From Chthonomonas sp. UBA2391 (GTDB lineage: Bacteria; Armatimonadota; Fimbriimonadia; Fimbriimonadales; Fimbriimonadaceae), in NCBI GenBank assembly GCA_002343825.1, contig DDSL01000134.1, positions 1-58,152 on the forward strand: a stretch of 58,152 nucleotides of DNA. Direction: 5' to 3'. The notes beneath the pieces were generated by a model. That model made no database searches. It was not told the origin of the DNA and saw only the letters and a list, made by a program, of their open reading frames with translations. Positions 51,767 through 58,152 of this stretch are shown here, piece after piece (within the stretch, counting starts at the first letter, position 1; each line of letters begins with the position of its first letter). A program made the position numbers and the translations under genes.

Positions 51767-52565
51767 CCGGAGCCAGGCGGTACGCCCCCGACTTGTCGAT
51801 GACGACTCGGGGGACTCTCTTGTCCTTTTCAAACGCCTGATAGATCGGAGCCAACTCGGCCCACAGGCTGGCATGCTCGGGGTGGACTCGGCTGAGCGAC
51901 TTGCGCTTGGCCTCGGTGAGCCGAGCGGGAAAGATGTGCACCCAGATTGGCCCCTTCCCCCTCACCGCGAGGGCGACCGTGTAAACCTCCTCGATCAACG
52001 GGTCGGTGATGGCGAGGCAGCCGATGCTCTTGTTGTCCCCATGGATAAAGATGTCCCCGCCGGGACGGTTGCGATCGCTCCGGACGCGGTCGCTGGCGTT
52101 GGGGTAGTTGATCCCGAGGCTGAGGTGAAATCGGCTTTGGGGGTTAAACCGGTCCACGAAGTAGACACCCTCGGGGACTTGCTTATCGCCTTCGCGCCGC
52201 TTGGGGCCGAGCTTCCCGCTCTGGCCGGCCACGGGATAGGTCTTGACCAACGTCATCTTGGCTCCGGCCTTTTCGGCGGCCCAGAGTTCGAGGACGCGCT
52301 CTTCTTTGAATGCCCGCAGAAAAATTGCCCCTGGGGGATAGGGGAGTTTCGCCTTTTTGAAGGCGGCTTGAAGGGTGGGGAGCGCCCGCTTTTGGGCCGG
52401 GCCGACGCGGTCTTGGGGGATGGCCATCAAGGGGACTCCGAGGATCAGGAGCAGAACCCCCGCCCGGCCGCGCCAAGAACGACCGTTGCCCCGGCCCGAG
52501 GCCGCGCCCTCCCTCGCCCCGGGGCAATGAAGAAACCTGCGAAAAAACACACCAGCCCGACTCAT
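51753..52565 (-). CDS. L,D-transpeptidase family protein (YafK-like)
   Basis: ORF 51753..52628; the likely start is MSRAGVFF at 52565. Motifs: VPEGVYFV...FHLSLGINYPN...GGDIFIHGDNKSIGCLAI (active-site HG...GC). The start is uncertain, because the longer ORF start overlaps a hairpin. Confidence 0.7.
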   Translation of the reverse strand: MSRAGVFFRRFLHCPGAREGAASGRGNGRSWRGRAGVLLLILGVPLMAIPQDRVGPAQKRALPTLQAAFKKAKLPYPPGAIFLRAFKEERVLELWAAEKAGAKMTLVKTYPVAGQSGKLGPKRREGDKQVPEGVYFVDRFNPQSRFHLSLGINYPNASDRVRSDRNRPGGDIFIHGDNKSIGCLAITDPLIEEVYTVALAVRGKGPIWVHIFPARLTEAKRKSLSRVHPEHASLWAELAPIYQAFEKDKRVPRVVIDKSGAYRLAPVKSG

Positions 52566-52977
52566 CTCCAAACTTCCCAAATTGAACCCCGAAAAAAGAA
52601 GAGGCCCCGCCCGGGTGGACGGAGCCATTTTTTCCCCAAAACGCTCTCGAAGTCGTATCGCTCCGGAGCTGGGCTTTTTACGGCCCTAGACCGACCAAAG
52701 TCGGACTCGGACCGCTGGGGACTGCGCTTGGCGAAGACTAACGTCTCCAAATGCTTGCTGAGGTCGCCGCAAACACGGCACCCCGCTCTGTACACCTCTC
52801 CAATAGGTGGTCCAACACATCACCTTGCGCAAAAAATGGACGGTAGGGACCGAGGGGATCTCAAGCACCCGCCGCCAGATTCCACCAGAGTGTATCGCAC
52901 AGAGGCTCATTCTCCAAGGGCTAAATGTGACATACACCCCCCAATTTTAGAGAAAAACCGTATTCTTAACAGAGTTC

Positions 52978-54279
52978 TCAGGAACCCTGAGCGGCCCGGT
53001 AGCTCATCCAGAGGAAAATGGCGTACATCGCCGCCCCCGCGAGGCCAAAGGCGTGCATCGTGACCAGCACATCCCCCTGGCTCTGGCCCCAATAAAGTGC
53101 CGTCCCTACGGCCCCAAAAAATGCGATTTGCCAAGCAAGATCCAGCTTCTGCTTCTCCGCGATGTAGAGCGTCCGCGAGAGCGGGCCGGCCAGAAGGCTC
53201 ATGAAATACATCGGGGTCAGGGCTCGGGCCATCTCTCCGGCCAAGCGCCACTTCTCGCCGAGGACAAAGGCAAACGCGACCGGAGCCACCCAATATAGGA
53301 CCGCGAACAACGGCACCCCCAGCAAGAGCAATCTCCGAAACGTCGAAATCCACAAGGCCCGGCAGTTGCCCTCTCGATTAAACTGCTCGCTGGCCTGCTG
53401 CTTAAAGACGTCGGCCACCGCCCCGCCGAGGATGCCGATCAGCCCGCCCAGCACCATCTGGGCCATCCCAAACTGCCCCGTGGCGGCCTTGCCAAACGCA
53501 GAGGTCAGCACGAAGACCGGCATCCTTTTGCTGATGTCGTTGATTGCCTCGGCCGGAACGGTGAAGAGGGGGAAGTTGCGATACCGGCGAGCGGCTCGCA
53601 TCATCCCGGCTCGGTCGATCTTGGCGAAGAGCTCGCCGTCTTCCCTCTTGCCGATCCGCAAGAACAGCACCGTCACCACCGCCTGACCGATCACCGTCCC
53701 AAGGATCAGTCCCCCTGCGGTGAGCTTTTGGAACCCCAAGGCCACCTTGCCAACCTCGGTCAGCCCCGATCGCAGGACCCGGTTCTTGGCCAACCGTTGG
53801 TACTGCTTTCGGCGGTTGAACCAGTAGTTGAAGCTTTGATAGACCGCGTTCGCAACGAGGAGAACCGGCACAAGATAGAGCCATGGACCGATCTCCTCCG
53901 AGCCGAGCAGCGCACAGATCTGCGCATTGAAAACCGTAACCAAAACGAGTAGCAACAGGCTGAGCAGGACGCTGAGGCCGATGCTCAAGCCGAGGACCTG
54001 GGCCGCCTCTTCATTCTCTTCCGGCAGCATGATCGCGAGTTCGTACCGTCCGGTCGCGACGATCCCCAAGATGCTGACGATGGACAAGAAGAGATTGAGG
54101 AGTCCGAACTGAACTTCGGTGTACAAGCGGCTGAGGACCGGGAGCACCGCAAGCGGCAACACCTGGGCCATGCCCGTACCGGTGGCCAGAGTGAGGACGT
54201 GTCGGGCGAACTCGCTACGCGGCTTCACGAATTCCCACAGTCCCTTGGCCACCATAGCGCGCTGAGCGGCCTCTGCCAC
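52978..54279 (-). CDS. oligosaccharide flippase (Wzx/polysaccharide biosynthesis protein family)
   Basis: ORF 433 aa with about 12 TM helices. The N-terminal ARHVLTLATGTGMAQVLPLAVLPVLSRLYT is typical of the Wzx/RfbX family. Confidence 0.75.
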   Translation of the reverse strand: MAEAAQRAMVAKGLWEFVKPRSEFARHVLTLATGTGMAQVLPLAVLPVLSRLYTEVQFGLLNLFLSIVSILGIVATGRYELAIMLPEENEEAAQVLGLSIGLSVLLSLLLLVLVTVFNAQICALLGSEEIGPWLYLVPVLLVANAVYQSFNYWFNRRKQYQRLAKNRVLRSGLTEVGKVALGFQKLTAGGLILGTVIGQAVVTVLFLRIGKREDGELFAKIDRAGMMRAARRYRNFPLFTVPAEAINDISKRMPVFVLTSAFGKAATGQFGMAQMVLGGLIGILGGAVADVFKQQASEQFNREGNCRALWISTFRRLLLLGVPLFAVLYWVAPVAFAFVLGEKWRLAGEMARALTPMYFMSLLAGPLSRTLYIAEKQKLDLAWQIAFFGAVGTALYWGQSQGDVLVTMHAFGLAGAAMYAIFLWMSYRAAQGS

Positions 54280-54435
54280 TGCAAAGGGGCAAAGACGAAT
54301 TTTGGCGCCGGAAGTTCAGACGTGTTTTGCCGCCCGGCCCGGAGGCCACTCCCCAGGATGGGACCCCGCGACTCCGTCGCCACCCATCCTGCCGCCCCCG
54401 GGCGGCAAAACCCTCTAATGCACAGGGCCTGGCTT

Positions 54436-55554
54436 TCAAAGAGCTGCGGCCAGCGCGTCCACGATCCGCTTTTGCACGCCTTCTTCGATCGTCGGCCAGA
54501 TCGGCAAACTCAAGACTTCGCCCGAAAGCTGGTCGGCCACGGGCACCGGTCCAACCGGAAGATCCTTATAGACCGGCAGCTTGTGCAGAGGAACCGGGTA
54601 GTAAACAAAGGTACCGATTCCCTGTTCATCCAGGGCCTTTTGAACCCCATCCCGCTTTCCGTCCAAGATCCGGATGGTGTACTGGTGGAAGACGTGGGTC
54701 GCGTAGTCTTCCGTCGCCGGAGGAATCACCCCCGGAACCTGCGAAAGCATCGCATTGTATCGGGCCGCCGCTTCGCGCCGACCGGCGTTCCAGGCGTCAA
54801 TGTGCTTGAACTTGACCCGGAGGATGGCCGCTTGCATCTCGTCGAGCCGCGAGTTCACGCCCACCGTCTCGTTGTAATACTTCTTTCGGGCGCCGTGGAC
54901 GCGCAGCATCCGCACCGTGTCGGCGTAGCCATCGTCGTTGGTGGTGAACATTCCGCCATCGCCAAAGGCTCCCAGGTTCTTGCTCGGGAAGAAGCTGAAG
55001 GCCCCTGCATCGCCGATCGAGCCGACCTTACGGCCCTTGTAATCGGCTCCAAAGGCTTGGGCGACGTCTTCCAGAACCTTCAGGCCATGCTCTTGGGCGA
55101 TCGCCAGAATCGGGTCCATGTCCACCGCGTGGCCATACAGGTGAACCGGGAGGATCGCCTTCGTCTTGGGGGTGATGGCGGCTCGGACCTTCTCGATGTC
55201 GAAGTTGTAGGTCACCGGATCGATATCGACAAAGACCGGGGTCGCGCGGAAGTGGCTGATCGCCTCGCCAGTAGCGAAGAATGTGAAAGGAGTGGTGATG
55301 ACCTCGTCGCCGGGGCGGATCCCGAGGGCGTGGATCCCGAGCACCAGTGCGTCGGTCCCGGAGTTGAGGGCGACGGCATGCTTCACGCCCAGATAGTCGG
55401 CCACTTCTTGCTCAAAGGCCTTGACGTTGGGCCCCATGATGAACTGCGTGGAGTCCAGAACTCCGCTGATCGCGGCCATCAGCTCGTCACGGATCAGGGC
55501 GATTTCGGGCTTCAGGTCCAGCACTGGGATCTTGGTCAACGTCGGTGCACTCAT
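54436..55554 (-). CDS. DegT/DnrJ/EryC1/StrS family sugar aminotransferase
   Basis: The blocks [31 protein letters not shown] and [16 protein letters not shown] (PLP Lys) are present. Confidence 0.9.
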   Translation of the reverse strand: MSAPTLTKIPVLDLKPEIALIRDELMAAISGVLDSTQFIMGPNVKAFEQEVADYLGVKHAVALNSGTDALVLGIHALGIRPGDEVITTPFTFFATGEAISHFRATPVFVDIDPVTYNFDIEKVRAAITPKTKAILPVHLYGHAVDMDPILAIAQEHGLKVLEDVAQAFGADYKGRKVGSIGDAGAFSFFPSKNLGAFGDGGMFTTNDDGYADTVRMLRVHGARKKYYNETVGVNSRLDEMQAAILRVKFKHIDAWNAGRREAAARYNAMLSQVPGVIPPATEDYATHVFHQYTIRILDGKRDGVQKALDEQGIGTFVYYPVPLHKLPVYKDLPVGPVPVADQLSGEVLSLPIWPTIEEGVQKRIVDALAAAL

Positions 55555-55555
55555 G

Positions 55556-55574
55556 CCCCGCAGTCTACCTAGGG
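55556..55574. repeat. direct repeat, left copy (CCCCGCAGTCTACCTAGGG)
   Basis: Exact 19-nt match to 56669-56687. It starts 2 nt upstream of the degT start codon. Confidence 0.9.
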
Positions 55575-55730
55575 TGTGGTAGAGGTTTCGATTGACGAAG
55601 CACCTTCTGACATCCCTCGGGAGTGGTCGAAATCAGACGGGTCAACGTGGCCAAGACTCGTCGACTTTGATTTGATTTTTTTTCTTTTCAATGTCGACAC
55701 TTTGTCGACCATACAGTCGTCTCAAGAACC

Positions 55731-56630
55731 ATGATAGAAGTACAGGCCACCCATGAAGGAGTGCTCAAGCTCAACGGTGTGGAAGTTCCATGCTCCGTCC
55801 TCAAAAGCGGCCGCAGAGTCCTCACTCAGCAAGGCTTTTTGAAGGCCATCGGTCGAGCTCGTTCAGCGAAAGGCGGTCAGGGCTCGACAGGAGGCGTGAT
55901 TCCCTTTCTGGCGGCAAAGAACCTCCAAGCGTTCGTGGACGAAGATATGCGAGAGTATCTCTCGCCAATCGCCTTCACCACGGTCGGAGGGCGTCCGGCC
56001 TTTGGGTTTCCAGCGGAGGCCTTGCCCAAGGTTTGTGAAATCTTCATCAAAGCACGTGACAAAGGCGTGCTCACTCCTGCTCAAATAGTAATTGCTGGTA
56101 GATGTGAACTGATCAGAGACGCACTAGCGCTTACCGGCATCATTGGACTTGTTGACGAAGCTACCGGCTACCAGTTTGCACGCCCTATTGATGCACTCCA
56201 AGCGTACTTGGAGGCGGTTATTCGGAAGGAACTAGCTGCGTGGTCCAAGCGATTCCCCGATGAGTTCTACGAAAACATCTACAAACTTAGAGGTTGGAGA
56301 TGGCCCGGGATGAACAAGAACCGATATTCTGTTGTGGCGCATTACACAAGAAACCTGGTGTACAACCGACTTGGTCCTGGCGTACTAGCGGAACTAGAAC
56401 ACAAGAATCCTCCCGACCCGAATACCGGCCGCAGAAAGGCCAAGTTTCATCAATGGCTTACAGACGATGTAGGGCATCCAAAACTAGCCCAGCACCTACA
56501 CACCATCATAATGTTCCAACGGCACTGTATTGCAAGGGGGTACAGCTATAGCCGATTTGTCGCGATGGTGGATGAAGTGATGCCAGAGTCAGACTCAACA
56601 CTGGTTTTGCCAATGGAATATGCAGAGTAG
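55731..56630 (+). CDS. P63C domain-containing protein (phage-associated family)
   Basis: ORF 299 aa. The blocks GLVDEATGYQFARPIDALQAYLEAVIRKELAAWSKRFPDEFYENIYKLRGWRW match my memory of the P63C domain (Pfam PF10546), which is found in phage and Bro-like proteins. Its GC content is lower than the flanking DNA. Confidence 0.65.
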   Translation: MIEVQATHEGVLKLNGVEVPCSVLKSGRRVLTQQGFLKAIGRARSAKGGQGSTGGVIPFLAAKNLQAFVDEDMREYLSPIAFTTVGGRPAFGFPAEALPKVCEIFIKARDKGVLTPAQIVIAGRCELIRDALALTGIIGLVDEATGYQFARPIDALQAYLEAVIRKELAAWSKRFPDEFYENIYKLRGWRWPGMNKNRYSVVAHYTRNLVYNRLGPGVLAELEHKNPPDPNTGRRKAKFHQWLTDDVGHPKLAQHLHTIIMFQRHCIARGYSYSRFVAMVDEVMPESDSTLVLPMEYAE

Positions 56631-56668
56631 GTAGTTGGCCTCTGCGACAAATCGAATCTTCCCTGCCA

Positions 56669-56687
56669 CCCCGCAGTCTACCTAGGG
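56669..56687. repeat. direct repeat, right copy (CCCCGCAGTCTACCTAGGG)
   Basis: Exact 19-nt match to 55556-55574. It lies 39 nt upstream of the hisC start codon. Confidence 0.9.
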
Positions 56688-56726
56688 CGATCACTGGTAC
56701 CGGGCCTAGTACAATAGTGCAAAGCC

Positions 56727-57839
56727 ATGCCCACCCCCATCCGCCCGAACGTGCTCCGGATGGCTCCCTACAGCCCGGGGAAGCCGATCGACGAGGTCAA
56801 GCGAGAGCTCGGCCTGAGCCACGTCGTCAAACTCGCGAGCAACGAGAACCCCCTCGGCCCCTCGCCGAAGGCGGTCGAAGCGATCCAGGCGGCAGCCCAG
56901 AACCTGCACCTCTATCCCGACGCGGCGACCTTTGACCTGCGCGCAGCCCTGAGCGAGCACTACGGCATCGGCCCCGAGCACCTGATGGTCGGCAATGGCA
57001 GCGACGAACTCATCCACCTTCTCGGATTGATCTACCTCAGCGGACCAGCGGATGCGATGGTGGTCGGTGACCCGAGCTTTGTCCGCTACGATGCGGCCGC
57101 CTACCTCAGCGATTCCCGACTCATCAAGGTCGCGCTCGACGCCACCTACACCCACGATCTGGATGCGATGGCGGCGGCGATCACCCCCGAAACCCGGCTG
57201 GTCTGGATCGCCAACCCGAACAACCCGACCGGCACCGTCATCACCAAAACCGGATTCGACCGGTTCCTCAGCCGGATTCCGGCCCACGTGACGGTCGTGC
57301 TCGACGAAGCCTACTACGAATACGCCGAGGGGCTTGACGATCTGCCGAACAGCCTTGACTACGTCCGCGCGGGGGCGCCGGTGATCGGGCTACGAACCTT
57401 TAGCAAGGCCTATGGATTGGCCGGGATTCGCCTTGGCTATGGCTTTGCCAGCGCGGAGATCGCAGACGCCATCCACCGGGCGCGCGAGCCGTTCAACGTC
57501 AATTCCCTGGCCCAGATCGGCGGAATTGCCGCGCTCCGGGACCGCGAGTACTTGGGCGAGTCGATCGCCGCCAACACCCGAGGCCGGGCCCAGATCGAAG
57601 CCGCCTTCCGCGAAGTCGGCGCAACGCCCGTCCCTGGCTACGCCAACTTTGTCCTCGCCGAAATGGGGACCGAAGCCAAACCGATCTTCGAAGCCTTGCT
57701 CCGCGAGGGGGTCATCGTTCGCTCAGGGCACGTTTTGGGCTTGCCCACCACGCTCCGGGTCAGCATTGGCACAGAAATTGAAAATGAAACGTTCGCCCGC
57801 GCCTTAGTCAAGGTGATGGGTTCTAAGGTCACGGCATGA
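56727..57839 (+). CDS. hisC: histidinol-phosphate aminotransferase
   Basis: The blocks VVKLASNENPLGPSP, IANPNNPTG and TFSKAYGLAGIRLGY (PLP Lys) are present. Confidence 0.92.
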   Translation: MPTPIRPNVLRMAPYSPGKPIDEVKRELGLSHVVKLASNENPLGPSPKAVEAIQAAAQNLHLYPDAATFDLRAALSEHYGIGPEHLMVGNGSDELIHLLGLIYLSGPADAMVVGDPSFVRYDAAAYLSDSRLIKVALDATYTHDLDAMAAAITPETRLVWIANPNNPTGTVITKTGFDRFLSRIPAHVTVVLDEAYYEYAEGLDDLPNSLDYVRAGAPVIGLRTFSKAYGLAGIRLGYGFASAEIADAIHRAREPFNVNSLAQIGGIAALRDREYLGESIAANTRGRAQIEAAFREVGATPVPGYANFVLAEMGTEAKPIFEALLREGVIVRSGHVLGLPTTLRVSIGTEIENETFARALVKVMGSKVTA

Positions 57840-58152
57840 TTATCGTTATGCGCCCAGGCGCTTCCCAAGATCAGATTCAACTCGTTTCCGACCGACTGGA
57901 AGAACTGGGCTACCAGGTCAACCCGATCATCGGAGTGGAGCGCACCGTCATTGGCGCAGTCGGGGGCTCCGAGCACCAAAAGGTGGACGCCGTCGACCAG
58001 CTCAAGGCTTACGACTTTGTCGACGACGTGATGATCATCACCAAGCCGTACAAGTTCGTCGCCAAGGAGTATCGCGGCGGGCGCAGCGTCATTGACGTCC
58101 GGGGGCTGAAGATCGGGGGCGACGACGTCGTGATGATGGCTGGACCCTGTAC
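57836..58152 (+). CDS. 3-deoxy-7-phosphoheptulonate (DAHP) synthase, type I-beta with N-terminal ferredoxin-like regulatory domain (5' part; runs off the right edge)
   Basis: Own translation: MIIVMRPGASQDQIQLVSDRLEELGYQVNPIIGVERTVIGAVGG...ITKPYKFVAKEYRGGRSVIDVRGLKIGGDDVVMMAGPC. It is collinear with the Thermotoga-type AroF N-terminus (..IIAGPCS). The ATG overlaps the hisC stop (ATGA). Confidence 0.8.
   Translation, partial: MIIVMRPGASQDQIQLVSDRLEELGYQVNPIIGVERTVIGAVGGSEHQKVDAVDQLKAYDFVDDVMIITKPYKFVAKEYRGGRSVIDVRGLKIGGDDVVMMAGPC

Larger units (their letters stand above)
55556..56687. mobile_element. 1.1-kb inserted element bounded by perfect 19-bp direct repeats, carrying only a P63C-domain gene
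   Basis: CCCCGCAGTCTACCTAGGG occurs at 55556-55574 and again at 56669-56687. The DNA in between is visibly more AT-rich, with AGA/ATA/GTA codons. No recombinase gene lies inside. Removing one repeat plus the insert leaves a 59-bp degT-hisC intergenic region. Confidence 0.6.

Noticed and set aside
52566-52977. A known structured RNA (RNase P RNA, tmRNA, SRP RNA, ydaO/c-di-AMP, glycine or c-di-GMP riboswitch) in the long gap
   Set aside because: I looked on both strands for hallmark strings (GGAAAGTCCGG, tmRNA 5'-GGGG...TTCGA...CCA 3' end, GGGGACCCA/ACGGGGA, CCGAAGG..CTCAGGCAAAAGGAC, etc.) and found no convincing match. Only a short CAGAGCGGGG coincidence with ydaO turned up. Infernal is needed for a real answer.
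1-58152. CRISPR arrays, IS elements, integrases, toxin-antitoxin pairs or recognisable defence systems
   Set aside because: No regularly spaced repeats were seen apart from the 4 x 9-bp array. I recognised no transposase, integrase or recombinase motifs and no hallmark defence domains in any frame. The P63C cassette is the only mobile-looking DNA, and it lacks its own recombinase.

Overview
This is a GC-rich bacterial chromosomal segment (about 60% GC by eye, not computed). It is densely coding, with about 58 protein genes and 2 tRNA genes: tRNA-Arg(UCU) and tRNA-Pro(CGG). I saw no rRNA, CRISPR array, transposase or integrase. All calls come from hand translation, remembered family motifs and gene context; no database search was possible.

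Housekeeping genes: hisB-hisH-hisA, hisC plus a DAHP synthase, efp, ftsZ, glpX, deoC, pspA, hsp20, a futalosine-pathway radical SAM enzyme, an M3B (PepF-type) oligoendopeptidase, an MsbA-like ABC exporter, and a tricorn-like protease next to an ECF sigma/anti-sigma pair.

Envelope and polysaccharide genes: a translationally coupled rhomboid / large membrane protein / csaB / outer-membrane-barrel operon, a Wzx flippase, a DegT aminotransferase, a UDP-sugar dehydrogenase, a NodB deacetylase, a DUF5009-like acyltransferase and a YafK-like L,D-transpeptidase.

The protein repertoire (H-X9-DG prepilin-like protein, PEP-CTERM protein, DUF1800/DUF1501 pair, dockerin-like C-terminal modules) resembles Armatimonadota or PVC-type genomes. 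That is inference only.

Most interesting observations:
1. The ~12-24 kb glycan locus encodes a GH94 phosphorylase, a GH144-like glucanase, a third large hydrolase-like protein, an SGNH esterase and a pseudopilin, but no transporter. It carries four copies of a LacI-type palindromic operator placed at recognisable promoters.
2. A 1.1-kb lower-GC insertion carrying only a P63C-domain gene is flanked by perfect 19-bp direct repeats between degT and hisC.
3. An RtcA-family protein has its nucleophilic His and other remembered active-site residues substituted. It sits 4 nt downstream of an unusual 8-Cys polytopic membrane protein, after efp.
4. Two secreted proteins about 10 kb apart share a ~77% identical dockerin-like C-terminal module.
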